Below, piece by piece: positions 40,960-51,647 of a DNA stretch of 64,000 bases. The stretch spans positions 8,481 to 72,480 of the forward strand of contig LSNK01000001.1 in the NCBI GenBank assembly GCA_003056085.1. The letters are read 5' to 3'. Numbering within the stretch: the stretch's first letter is position 1; each line of letters starts with the position of its first letter. Made by a program: the position numbers and the translations under genes. Under the pieces are notes generated by a model that had not been told where the DNA came from, ran no database searches, and saw nothing but the letters and a program-made list of their open reading frames with translations. Origin of the DNA: Parcubacteria group bacterium M6-OD1-1. GTDB taxonomy: Bacteria > Patescibacteriota > Minisyncoccia > GWC2-36-17 > M10-OD1-4.

Positions 40960-42054
40960 TCAACTTCGGAGTTTAATGCTTTGGATAAGTCCAAGAGCAA
41001 TAAACAAAGACAACAAAGAAGATCCTCCGTAACTTAAAAATGGAAAAGTAATTCCTGTTACCGGCATTATTCCTAAATTCATTCCCGCGTTTATTATTAT
41101 TTGAACAAATATCCAACTTGCAACTCCTACGCAAAAAAGGCGCGCAAAATTATTTTCAGCAAAAATCGCCGTTTTTATAATTCTATACATTATAATGGAC
41201 AGAAGCGAAAAAATAATGATGACACCTAAAAAACCAAATTCCTCAGCAACTGAAGCAAACATGAAATCAGTGTGAGCTTCCGGTAAAAATCCAAACTGAA
41301 CTTGCGAACCAGAGCCCAACCCCTTACCAAAGAACCCTCCATCTCCAATGGCTATCATTGACTGAATAACATTATAACCCGCTCCTTGCGGGTCGTTGTA
41401 CGGATTTAAAAATGTCATTATCCTATCTTTTTGGTAAGGCAGAAAAACACTTGTCCATGCAAATGAAAATACCAAAATACCCAACAAGGCTAAAATGAGA
41501 AGATGTTTTTTAGAAATACCGGATACCAGCATCATAAATATCCAGATTCCCAAAATAATTATAGCAGACCCTAAATCCGGCTGCATAAGCACTAAAATTA
41601 ATGGCAAAGCTAAATATATTCCGGAAACAATAATATTGGAAAATCTATGCATTTCAACATGTCTTTGTGAAAAATATTTAGCAAATAAAATTATTAGCGC
41701 GATTTTTGTGAATTCAACAGGTTCTATAGAGAAAAATCCTACTTTTATCCACGCAGAAGCTCCCCTGATATCAGAACCAATAAAAAAAAGCGATATTAAA
41801 ACAAACAAAGACAAGACATAAAATATAATAGCTGCGTAAGAATTGTTCTTAAAAAATCTATAATCAAAAAAAGCTATGGCAAACATAACAGAAACTCCAA
41901 TAAACAAAGACACGAGTTGTTTAGTAAAAACAATTGACATCTCGGGATTATTCTGCACAATGGCAAAAAGCTCTAAAATCCCTAAAAAAGCCAAAAATAA
42001 AACAGACCCTATAAGGATCCAATCCATCTTTTTTAATTGAGAAAGTAGATTCAT
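40960..42054 (-). CDS. rodA: Rod shape-determining SEDS protein RodA
   Basis: QPDLG, LPEAHTDF, EEFG, GITFPFLSYGGSS. Confidence 0.92.
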   Translation of the reverse strand: MNLLSQLKKMDWILIGSVLFLAFLGILELFAIVQNNPEMSIVFTKQLVSLFIGVSVMFAIAFFDYRFFKNNSYAAIIFYVLSLFVLISLFFIGSDIRGASAWIKVGFFSIEPVEFTKIALIILFAKYFSQRHVEMHRFSNIIVSGIYLALPLILVLMQPDLGSAIIILGIWIFMMLVSGISKKHLLILALLGILVFSFAWTSVFLPYQKDRIMTFLNPYNDPQGAGYNVIQSMIAIGDGGFFGKGLGSGSQVQFGFLPEAHTDFMFASVAEEFGFLGVIIIFSLLSIIMYRIIKTAIFAENNFARLFCVGVASWIFVQIIINAGMNLGIMPVTGITFPFLSYGGSSLLSLFIALGLIQSIKLRS

Positions 42055-42095
42055 CCTGTAAAATACACCTCAAAACCTGAGGCATTTAATAAAAA

Positions 42096-42884
42096 TTATC
42101 TTAATATATTAGAATCATCCATGGCATTTACCGTTGCCTCCATTATAACTTTCGCAACAGGTCCTCCGTCAATTTTAGAAAACCAAGGCATAGTAATTTT
42201 TCTTCTTTCACCTGCTCTCAAATTATTTATTTTTGTTTGATTGATAGCCAAATAATTATCATCTTTATCCAATAAAATAGCGACTAAATCCACAGCAACA
42301 AATGAATAGTTTGATTGATTCTCAATAATCCCTGTCACCTGAGAAACTCCCGCAGACCCCGAAACAGTACTACTTTCGTATTTTTTAGAAAAAATTGGAA
42401 GCTTGATATTTGTTCTTTTTTGCTCCTCCCATTTTACCGGTTCAATTTCAAACTTAACAAAAACAGGATCTCCTATTATGTCTAAATTACTTTTTACAAC
42501 ATATTTTGTCTCTCCGGCTAAAATATAACTTTTCCCTTTTTCTTCCGAAATAAAATTATTATCCTTGTCATAAAATTTAAATTTATATTCTATACTTGAA
42601 ACCCCTTGTTGAGAATTTGAATTCTTAATTTTTGCCAAAACATCATACCTTCCTTCAAAAACCATAAGATTTGAAGAAATAACTTGAATGTCCTCAAAAT
42701 AAGATTCTATACAAGAAGAACAAAAAGCACCCCCGCAGTCTATCTGTTCCTCGCCTTGATTTAAAATATTATCAAAACAAGAAGGCGCCTCTTTACCTGA
42801 CCAAAAAAATAAAAACAAAATTAAAAGAACAACTGCAAAAAATACAGTTCCTATAGTTACCTGTCTTTTTAGTTTATATTCCAT
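42096..42884 (-). CDS. Membrane-anchored hypothetical protein
   Basis: N-terminal TM, CFD..NQGEE.IDCGG..C motif. Confidence 0.8.
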   Translation of the reverse strand: MEYKLKRQVTIGTVFFAVVLLILFLFFWSGKEAPSCFDNILNQGEEQIDCGGAFCSSCIESYFEDIQVISSNLMVFEGRYDVLAKIKNSNSQQGVSSIEYKFKFYDKDNNFISEEKGKSYILAGETKYVVKSNLDIIGDPVFVKFEIEPVKWEEQKRTNIKLPIFSKKYESSTVSGSAGVSQVTGIIENQSNYSFVAVDLVAILLDKDDNYLAINQTKINNLRAGERRKITMPWFSKIDGGPVAKVIMEATVNAMDDSNILR

Positions 42885-42962
42885 TTCCTTAGTAACCGAT
42901 AATTAGTAACGAGTACCTAATAATTGGCTTTTATTCGTTACAAATTACGGATTTTAAATTAT

Positions 42963-43472
42963 TTATTTAAATATTTTTTCGGTTTTTTGATATAATTCAT
43001 CTCCAAAATTCATAGCCTTATTTAAATATTCGGCTGTTTTTTCCGGAGCTTCTTTTGCCACTTGCTCTATAACACTTCTATTTCTTTCTGATAAATTTTG
43101 AATCTTCTGAACAAGTTCTTCCGTATTTTCTTTTGTGTTCTTTATTTTTTTCATGTTTTGATTAATCTCTTTCATCAAGTTATTATAATCATCCATAATT
43201 TTTTCCGCCTTTTTTACCGTTAATTCTCCTTTGCGCTGAATTTTTTTTATTTCTGCTATTCTTTCGTTAAGATACTTTATTTCAAGCTTTATTTTCCCTT
43301 CATCAGTAAAAGTAAGCAGATTTAACTGCACCCACTCCCATGAAGTGTCTAAAAAATAAAAAACATCCCCCGGAACAAACCCGGCAGAAACATTAGAGTT
43401 GTCTTTCTGTAATTTTGGAAATCCAAAAATAATAAGACCGATAATAAAAATTAATAAAATTAATTTTTTCAT
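42963..43472 (-). CDS. Secreted helical protein (DUF5667-like)
   Basis: Signal anchor, PGD.FYFL..E...L, ERIAE. Confidence 0.7.
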   Translation of the reverse strand: MKKLILLIFIIGLIIFGFPKLQKDNSNVSAGFVPGDVFYFLDTSWEWVQLNLLTFTDEGKIKLEIKYLNERIAEIKKIQRKGELTVKKAEKIMDDYNNLMKEINQNMKKIKNTKENTEELVQKIQNLSERNRSVIEQVAKEAPEKTAEYLNKAMNFGDELYQKTEKIFK

Positions 43473-43624
43473 AATTTCAATTTTAAATTCCTAATCTCTA
43501 ATCTCTATTTTTTATATAATATCATATTTTTCTTTTCATATAAAGCAAAAAACACCCTCGCCGGATGCTTATCACATAAACCTTCAGTATTTTTAAATTT
43601 GTCCCGCACCAAGAAAATAAGAAA

Positions 43625-43737
43625 CTTGCAATGACCTACTTTCTCACAGCCTAACGCTGCAATATCATCGGCGGAGTACATCTTTACGACTCTGTTCGGA
43701 ATGGGAAGAGGTGGTTTCTATACCCTATTATCACAAG
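43625..43737 (-). rRNA. rrf: 5S rRNA
   Basis: CACCTCTTCCCATTCCGAACAGAG, GAGAAAGTAGG, paired ends. Confidence 0.92.
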
Positions 43738-44169
43738 CTTCTTGTTTTCTTCGTACGAAACAAATTTTAAATGTCCTTGTTTTTTTTCTTTGATCACTAA
43801 ATACAGTAAAGTTAACCTAAGGATAACCCTTAAATAACAATGGAAAAGTTACTTCCTTCTCTTACATTTTTCTGCGATTGGCTTATTAGTATTGCTCGCC
43901 TGAACACTTCACAGTGCTTACAGCTGCAACCTATCAACGTGATAGTCTTTCACGGGCCTATAGGATAAATCCAACGAGACCTAATCTTGGGTTGTGCTTC
44001 GAGTTTAGATGCTTTCAACTCTTATCACGACCGAACTTAGCTACCCAGCAATGCCCTTGGCAGGACAACTGGTACACCAGAGGTTCGTCCACTCCGGTCC
44101 TCTCGTACTAGGAGCAGCTTCCCTCAAGTCTCTACGCCTACAGCAGATAGAGAACCAACCTGTCTTACG

Positions 44170-44668
44170 CAAATGTAGCTACTAAAAATTTATTCAGTAA
44201 CGCCGCCATTACTGGCGGGATCGGACTATATCTTCATCCATCTATTTTAGATGGAGGCTAACGTTTAGTCTCTACGGGTAGTTATGAATTTTATTGAGGA
44301 GCCAACGATATTGTTGTTGGCTCTACTTAGGGTAGGAACATAGCTAAACATATTCCACATTGTGGTTTCTGCAAACGCTCATGTTCAGCACATCGGCATA
44401 TCCCAGCTATTTATCCCGTGCGTCCGCGGGATCCTTCGGGCCCCGCCTCAAGTGTGCCGGCGTGTTAATTCACACCGCTTGTCTTAGAGAATAGATATCC
44501 TCAATAAAATTCATAACCTTCCCTCGGTATTGTCCATGTTATACAACATTAGGATTTCACCGATATAAGTTAGCTTCTCATACAAAATCACTTTTGTATG
44601 CCGCCGTATATGATGTCAAACCTCGGATTCAGACTGTAAAACATCCTTTCTTTTAAAAAAGGTGCTTT
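44170..44668 (-). mobile_element. Group I intron at 23S position L2593, no ORF
   Basis: Exons AGACCGT^CGTAAGACAG, terminal G, P3 gctaac/gttagc, core GTAGAGACTA and AAGATATAGTCC. Confidence 0.9.
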
Positions 44669-44737
44669 ACGGTCTGAACCCAGCTCGCGTACCGCTTTAA
44701 TTGGCGAACAGCCAAACCCTTGGAAGCTTCTCCACCT

Positions 44738-44768
<31 letters not shown>

Positions 44769-44804
44769 GAACCTTGCCGTCGATATGAACTCTTAGGCAA
44801 GACC

Positions 44805-44841
<37 letters not shown>

Positions 44842-45330
44842 TTCGCACTTTCTACAAAGTTACGTCGGATCACTAAGTCCTGCTTTCGCAACTGCGCGAC
44901 TTGTTAGTCTTGCAGTAAAGCCGGCTTATGCCTTTACACTATCAGTCCGATTTCCATCCGGACCTAGCCGACCTTAATGAACGCCTCCGTTACCATTTGG
45001 GAGGCTAGCGCCCCACTAAAACTGTCTACCAGCCACTGTCCCCTTAAGGTTTTACCTTAAAAGTTAGTATTGCAATTATAAGAGAGTGGTATTTCACTGA
45101 CGACTCCATGTCACCCGAAAGCGACACTTCAAAGTCTCCCACCTATGCTACGCAATTAAAACAACAATACAATAACAAGCAACAGTAAAGCTCCCGGGGT
45201 CTTTCTGTCTAGCTGCAGGAAGAGGGCATCTTCACCCCCACTGTAATTTCACCGAGTGATTCGTTGAGACAGTTCCCAAGTCGTTACGCCATTCGTGCAG
45301 GTCGGAATTTACCCGACAAGGAATTTCGCT

Positions 45331-46072
45331 CGATCTTTGTTACTGATTCTACCTAAATAGAATTGGTGTAGTCATTTCTGCTACACTCTCTATGTCGCCA
45401 TAGAGTCCGGACTATATCATCACGCTTTTTTACAGCGCGCCTGGCGTATAGTCTCTGAGGATTCTAAAAATCTGGATTGTTTTTTTCGATTCATTAACTC
45501 TATTTTTTTTGCTATTTTCTTCATTCCTTTCATGGAAAGATGTTCTTTTTTCGTCATTATTTCCATTATTTCAGCAAAAATTTTGAAATCTTTTCTTTTT
45601 GCTGTTTTTAAAGAATTACTTCTGAAAAACGGAATTATTTTTTCATTTAAATCATCCATAGATCTTACACAAAATCTTAAAAGATTTTCTTTATGATCAT
45701 CATATCGATTATTTTTAAAAATTTTTCCGCAATTAAAATAGTCTTTAAATAAAGTTAAAGCATCTAAGCTTTTCTCCCCTTGAGTTATTACAAACTCAGG
45801 GAAAACTTGCCATCCAAGTTTGGAAGTTTTGTTTTTTATAATACTAACAGAGAAACAACCTTCTCCATCAGTAAAACCAATTATCCAACCTATAATTTTT
45901 AGCCTTTCCTGCTGATTGTCTGCACTGGATACATTTTCACTATAATAGTTTTTCATATCTATGGAATAATTATACCATAGATATTTTTCTATTATTAGTA
46001 GTACCAGATACTACAGGGTTTTACCCACAGGTGTTCCAGCATATGGCCAGGTTTTACTAAGGCAAGAAATTC
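45331..46072 (-). mobile_element. Group I intron at 23S position L1931
   Basis: Exons CTAAGGT^AGCGAAATTCC, terminal G, core TCAGAGACTA and GATATAGTCC. Confidence 0.92.
45420..45956 (-). CDS. Intron-encoded single-motif LAGLIDADG homing endonuclease
   Basis: WIIGFTDGEGCF, F.ITQ, IIPFF...L.TAK..DF. Confidence 0.95.
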   Translation of the reverse strand: MKNYYSENVSSADNQQERLKIIGWIIGFTDGEGCFSVSIIKNKTSKLGWQVFPEFVITQGEKSLDALTLFKDYFNCGKIFKNNRYDDHKENLLRFCVRSMDDLNEKIIPFFRSNSLKTAKRKDFKIFAEIMEIMTKKEHLSMKGMKKIAKKIELMNRKKQSRFLESSETIRQARCKKA

Positions 46073-46264
46073 ACCTTAGAACGATTATAGTTATCGCTGA
46101 CGTTCACCGGCGCTTCGGGCGTTAGCAGTATAATAAATTATACCACCTTCACCGTTAACGTTCCGGCACTGGTCAGGCGTCACCCCCTATACATCCTCTT
46201 ACGAGTTAGCAGAGAGCTGTGTTTTTGGTAAACAGTCGCCTGGGATACTTTCGCTGCGGCCTTA

Positions 46265-46438
46265 ACTGAAAAACTGGATTTTGAGGGGAAGTGTACTCTT
46301 ACGCTTCCCGGATTTTAAAAATGGTCGGAAAGGATTACGCAGACATACTGCATATTTTGGGGTATTTAATCCCAAAACAGATATATCATTTTCGGTAATC
46401 CTCACCGTTTAAGCTTTACTCAAAATCCAGCTTCCCAG
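46265..46438 (-). other. Hairpin insertion in 23S (about helix 63)
   Basis: ctggattttgag / ctcaaaatccag arms between conserved rRNA blocks. Confidence 0.75.
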
Positions 46439-47501
46439 CAAGGCAAGCCTTATTCCGAAGTTACGGCTGCTTTTTTGCCGAGTTCCTTAACGAACTTTCA
46501 CTCGTTCACCTTGGTCTTCTCGACCTATCTACCTGTGTCGGTTTACGGTACGTGCACACTAAAAATATTCTTAGAAGTTTTTCTCGGTCGCCAGCTCATC
46601 TGAATTGGTGAAAAAACACCTCTTCTCAACTCTTGGAGTTGTGATTAAACACAGCTTTCCGGATTTACCTGGAAAACCTCCTTAAGCAAAGAACGTAAAT
46701 CCAATAATACGCTCAAACTACTTAGCCACGTCACTCCATCGATTTTTAGCATGGTGCAGGAATATTAACCTGCTGTCCATCAGCTCCGCCGTTCGGCATC
46801 GCCTTAGGTACGACTAACCCTTGGTTGATTGTCATTGCCAAGGAAACCTTAGATTTTCGGTGTACTGGGATCTCACCAGTATTGCGGTTACTTATGCCAA
46901 CATTCTCACTTCCTGACGCTCCAGCATGGCTCACGCCAACACCTTCACAGCAGACAGGAACGCTCCCCTACCACACCGCTGCAAAGCAGCGATATCCACA
47001 ATTTCGGTAGCATACTTTAGCCCCGGTACATTTTCGGTGCAAAATCTCTAAACTAGTGGGCTGTTACGCACTCTTTAAAGGATGGCTGCTTCTAAGCCAA
47101 CCTCCTAGCTGTTTAAGAAATTCTACCGCCTTTAATCACTTAGTATGCATTTTGGGACCTTAATTTGTGGTCTGGACTCTTTTCCTTTTGACCATGGAGC
47201 TTATCCCCCACAGTCTGACTCCTGAGCTATATTGAATGGAATTCGGAGTTTGATTGGGATAGACAGCTTGCGCCATTCTAACTCATCCAGTGCTCTACCT
47301 CCATTCATAAACACTCAAGGCTATACCTAAATATATTTCGGGGAGAACCAGCTATTACCAAGTTCGATTAGCTTTTCACTCCTTACCACAGGTCATCCGA
47401 ACGTGTTGCACAGCGTATCGGTTCGGGCCTCCCTTTGATTTTACTCAAAGTTCACCCTGCCCATAGTAAGCTCACTTGGCTTCGGGTTTTATGCATGCTG
47501 C

Positions 47502-47667
47502 ATAGACTTGTCACTTAATGATTCTTTCTGCTGCAATTAATATTTTTCTACTACGCAAACCTCACCACTCGTCAGTGAATAATTTTATTCACTTCCTCGT
47601 GTTTCAGCTTGCTCATGACGAAAAATATCAATTTCGCTACGAAAAATCCATTAAGAGACAAGTCTAT
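47502..47667 (-). other. Hairpin intervening sequence in 23S (about helix 25)
   Basis: atagacttgtcacttaatg / cattaagagacaagtctat arms. Confidence 0.8.
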
Positions 47668-47844
47668 TTCGCCCTATTAAGACTTGGTTTCCCTACGCCT
47701 ACCCTCTTTGCGAGGTTAAACAGGCAACATACATAAACTCGTTGGCTCATTCTCCAAAAGGCACGCCGTCACCCTGATAAATCAGAGCTCCGACTAATTG
47801 TAAGTATATAGTTTCAGTTCTATTTCACTGCCCTCACCGGGCTA

Positions 47845-47885
<41 letters not shown>

Positions 47886-48767
47886 TAAAAAGTATTTAGC
47901 CTTGGGAGAGTAGTTCTCCCGGATTCCTACGGGGTTGTCTTTCCCCGCAGTACTTAGGTACAAATACTTAGAGTGTTTACTAATTTTCATTTACGGGACT
48001 ATTACCCTCTATGGTTGTCCTTTCCATGACAATTCAACTAAAAAGCAAAACTTGTTTTACTCTATTTTAAATAAATTTAAAAACGCATTTGCCCTGCAAC
48101 CCCTAATATGTGTAATAAATTATACTTATTAGGTTTAGGCTTCTACCGTTTCGCTCGCCGCTACTAAGGTAATAACTATTGTTCTCTTTTCCTCTGGTTA
48201 CTGAGATGTTTCACTTCACCAGGTTCGCTGCTTTTGATTTTAACTCAAAAGCTATCTTGATTTTACTCAAGATGGGTTCCCCCATTCGGAAATCTCCGGA
48301 TCAAAGGTTGCTGAGCACCTCACCGAAGCTTATCGCAGCCATGCCACGTCCTTCATCGCCTTTTTATGCCTAGGCATCCACTATATACCCTTATTCCGCA
48401 AAAAAATGAAAGTTAAGGAATAACTTTTCTTTTGTTTCACTCAATAAAATTTTCTCCTGCATAGAAGAAAAAATTATAATTTTTGTTATTGATAACCACC
48501 ATAAAATAAATCTTATTATTTTATAATGATTAAAGGAATAACTTTACTGTATTTAATTATCAAAGTTCTCACAGGCTCCAAACCTGTCCTAAAATAAATT
48601 TTGTTATGAAATTTATTTTAGGACAAACTTGGTACATTTTGTTTTGTATAAAGGGAAACAAAAAAAGCGCTTTTTGAAGCGCCTGTTAAACAACGTTAAA
48701 AATCTTAACTCAGAGCGCCTCTCTTTTTTATTATTAAATTGTTGTTTTTGTTTATCATTTATACGCT

Positions 48768-48796
48768 ATGTTATACGAAAATAAAACAAATGTCAA
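48768..48796 (-). promoter_or_regulatory. Probable promoter of the 23S-5S unit
   Basis: TTGACA-N17-TAACAT. Confidence 0.6.
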
Positions 48797-48878
48797 CAGT
48801 TATAAAATTCATCACTTAAAAGTTAGATGCTGCAATCTTAATTGCCATGCTAAATTCTAAAAATTTACATAAATCATT

Positions 48879-49778
48879 CTATTTTATGCCTTGAATTTTA
48901 TCCATTAAAATCAATTTTGGATCTTCATTTTTATTTATAATTTTATCCAAAATATTTAATATTGGAAATTTTTCTAAATTCTCCCCAAGCAATTTTACAA
49001 CCGAATCTAAAGACGTCACCCCTTCACTATCTAAACTGCACACCTCTCCGCTTGCTATTTTATAACCTACTTTTCTATTTCTTGAATGCGCGCTAAAACC
49101 GGTTGTAACCAAATCACCAATACCGGACAAAGTAAAAGCGGTTTCTTTTTTACCTTCCAACAATTCTATTATTTCTGAAATTTCAGAAATAGCTTTTGTT
49201 ACAAACCAACCTTTCGTATTATCACCCAGCGAAAGACCGTCTAAAAGACCAAGTCCCAAGGTGTATATATTTTTAAGAACACTTGCAATAGCCGAACCTC
49301 TAACATCTTTTGAATATTCAAATTTTAAATTTGAATATTCAAAAAGAGAGTCTATTTTATTAAAAAAACTTTTATCTTCAGTTGCCAAAACACCTACGGT
49401 AAAAATATCTTTTGCTATTTCTTCTGATATCATCGGACCAAGACACAAAGCGAAACGATGACCGCTTGGAAGCATTTCCGCCAAAACAACATCCATAGTT
49501 TTTAATGTTTCTTTTTCAATTCCTTTTGATAAAGAAATAACTCCGGTTGAAGCTTTTAAATTTAAAAGTATGTCGGGAACAACTTCTCTTTGTGCCCAAG
49601 AAGGAACACATAAAAACAAAAAATCAGCATTGGAAACAACATCAGAAAGTTGAATTTCTGTTTTTAATTTAGAAGCATCTTTATCCCAATATAAAACCTT
49701 CAAATTTTTATTTTTTTCCAACACACCGCCAATAGCGCTCCCTATGTTTCCTGCTCCTATTATTGCTATTTTTTTCAT
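48879..49778 (-). CDS. gpsA: NAD(P)H-dependent glycerol-3-phosphate dehydrogenase
   Basis: GAGNIG, SKGIE, LKNIY, SGIGDL.TT..SRN. Confidence 0.9.
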   Translation of the reverse strand: MKKIAIIGAGNIGSAIGGVLEKNKNLKVLYWDKDASKLKTEIQLSDVVSNADFLFLCVPSWAQREVVPDILLNLKASTGVISLSKGIEKETLKTMDVVLAEMLPSGHRFALCLGPMISEEIAKDIFTVGVLATEDKSFFNKIDSLFEYSNLKFEYSKDVRGSAIASVLKNIYTLGLGLLDGLSLGDNTKGWFVTKAISEISEIIELLEGKKETAFTLSGIGDLVTTGFSAHSRNRKVGYKIASGEVCSLDSEGVTSLDSVVKLLGENLEKFPILNILDKIINKNEDPKLILMDKIQGIK

Positions 49779-49837
49779 ATTATTATAACTTTAAAATATA
49801 TACTTTATTATAGTTCTTTAACCAAGGAGATTTAACA

Positions 49838-49997
49838 ATGAATACTAACCTTAAAAAAAACCAAGGAGCAATTTGAAGCAAGATGCATCAATGATGGGCT
49901 CTGCCCAAAATGCTTGGAAAAGTTGAAAAAAGAAATATCTTCATGCGGAAGTGAATACGAACTAATCTGCATAAATTGCAATCTTATAATAGACTAA
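49838..49997 (+). pseudogene. Small zinc-ribbon protein frameshifted at an A8 tract
   Basis: AAGGAG SD; removing one A gives 52 aa with CPKC..CINC. Confidence 0.6.
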
Positions 49998-50124
49998 GGT
50001 TTTGTCTAAATGTATTTGAAAAATCCATTCTAAAAATATAGCGTGGATTTTTTATTTATTTTTTAACTGTTTTTCGTAAATCTTTATTAAGGGTTAAAAT
50101 TTATGAAAATAATTATTTTAGAAA

Positions 50125-50574
50125 TTATTCTTCCAACTCAGATATTTTCTGAATTCTTCTTTTATGTCTTTCCGCTTCTGAAAATGGAGTTTGAAGCCAA
50201 AGCTCAACCGCTTTTTTTACTTCTCCTTCGCTCAAAAAACGAGCACCCAAAGACAGAACATTTGCATCATTGTGCTCTCTTGAAAGGGATATAATTTCAT
50301 CGGGACCACCGTAATAAACAACAGCTCTTGCGCCTTTTATTTTATTTGCCGCTATTGCTTCTCCTTGCCCGGAACCGCCCAAAACTATCGCTCTTGAACC
50401 CTGATCGCTTGCAGCAAATCCAGCCGCTTTTGAAATAAAATCAGGATAATCGTCCGACTCGTCATAGGAAAGAGCTCCCAAATCTTCAACATCATAGCCT
50501 TTGTCCACCAAAAACCCAACAAGTTTTTCTTTAAGTTCAAATCCTGCATGATCTGCTGCTAAATATATTTTCAT
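50125..50574 (-). CDS. rpiB: RpiB/LacA/LacB sugar-phosphate isomerase
   Basis: ADHAGFELK, DDYPD, GSGQG, HNDANVL, RHKRR. Confidence 0.93.
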   Translation of the reverse strand: MKIYLAADHAGFELKEKLVGFLVDKGYDVEDLGALSYDESDDYPDFISKAAGFAASDQGSRAIVLGGSGQGEAIAANKIKGARAVVYYGGPDEIISLSREHNDANVLSLGARFLSEGEVKKAVELWLQTPFSEAERHKRRIQKISELEE

Positions 50575-50584
50575 AGATTATAAA

Positions 50585-51610
50585 TTATAATAATTTAGAA
50601 ACTTCCACCACATGTTTAACTAAAGAATAAGTATACCCCATCTCATTGTCATACCATGCTAAAATCTTAACAAAATTTCCATCAACTACTTTTATAAAAG
50701 GCAAATCAACTATTGAAGCGTATGGAGTTCCTATAATATCAGTGGATACAAGCTGTTCATCAGAAACTGAAAAAATTCCCTGCCATTTTTCTTCTTTTGC
50801 CGCATTTCTGAAAATCTCTTGAAGCTCCTCAACGGAGGTATCTCTTTTGGCTAAAAAAGTAAAATCTGCTATTGAACCGGAAATAACAGGAACACGCATA
50901 GCAACTCCGTCAAATTTTCCTGCAAGTTCTTTCACGGCTTTTGTTACAGAAATTGCTGCGCCTGTTGTTGAAGGTATTATATTTTGCGCTGCAGCTCTTC
51001 CTTTTCTCCAGTCTTTCGCATCCGGACCATCAACTATTTTTTGAGTTGCCGTATAACCATGAATTGTATTTAAAAATGCCTTCTCTACTCCCACAGTTTC
51101 TGACATTATTTTCGCAACAGGTGATGTTGAGTTTGTAGTGCAAGATCCATTTGAAGAAACTAAACATGTTTTAAGCTCATCTTCATTTATACCCATTAAA
51201 ATTGTTTTACCCGCTTCTCCTTCTTCACCCTTCCCCGGAGCTGAAATAACGACTCTTTTTGCGCCGGCATCAATGTGCGCCTTTGCATCTTCATATTTTG
51301 TAAAAAATCCGGTGGATTCAACAACGATATCAATTCCAAGGTCGCCCCAAGGAAGATTATTTGGGTCTTTTTCTGAAACGAAATTTACCTTCTTTCCACC
51401 CACCACCAAATAAATTTTATCTCCATCTTTTTCTGTTGATATCTCAAGATCTGATTTTTTTTGTGCAGAATCATACTTTAAAAGGTAAGCAAGATTTTCT
51501 ACATCACCAAGATCATTTATCGCAACTACATCAAGCTCCGAATTTTCGAAAGCTACTTTAAAAAATTGTCGGCCTATTCTTCCAAAGCCATTTATCGCTA
51601 CTTTTTTCAT
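50585..51610 (-). CDS. gap: Glyceraldehyde-3-phosphate dehydrogenase type I
   Basis: INGFGRIGR, SCTTN, WYDNE. Confidence 0.97.
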   Translation of the reverse strand: MKKVAINGFGRIGRQFFKVAFENSELDVVAINDLGDVENLAYLLKYDSAQKKSDLEISTEKDGDKIYLVVGGKKVNFVSEKDPNNLPWGDLGIDIVVESTGFFTKYEDAKAHIDAGAKRVVISAPGKGEEGEAGKTILMGINEDELKTCLVSSNGSCTTNSTSPVAKIMSETVGVEKAFLNTIHGYTATQKIVDGPDAKDWRKGRAAAQNIIPSTTGAAISVTKAVKELAGKFDGVAMRVPVISGSIADFTFLAKRDTSVEELQEIFRNAAKEEKWQGIFSVSDEQLVSTDIIGTPYASIVDLPFIKVVDGNFVKILAWYDNEMGYTYSLVKHVVEVSKLL

Positions 51611-51647
51611 AAAATTTTTAACTTTTAATTTTTATAATATTTTTAAA

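Noticed and set aside
44355-44395. Hammerhead ribozyme in the intron's nested domain
   Set aside because: CUGA is separated from UGA by an extra ACA and the NUH cleavage triplet is missing; kept only as an unknown structured RNA.
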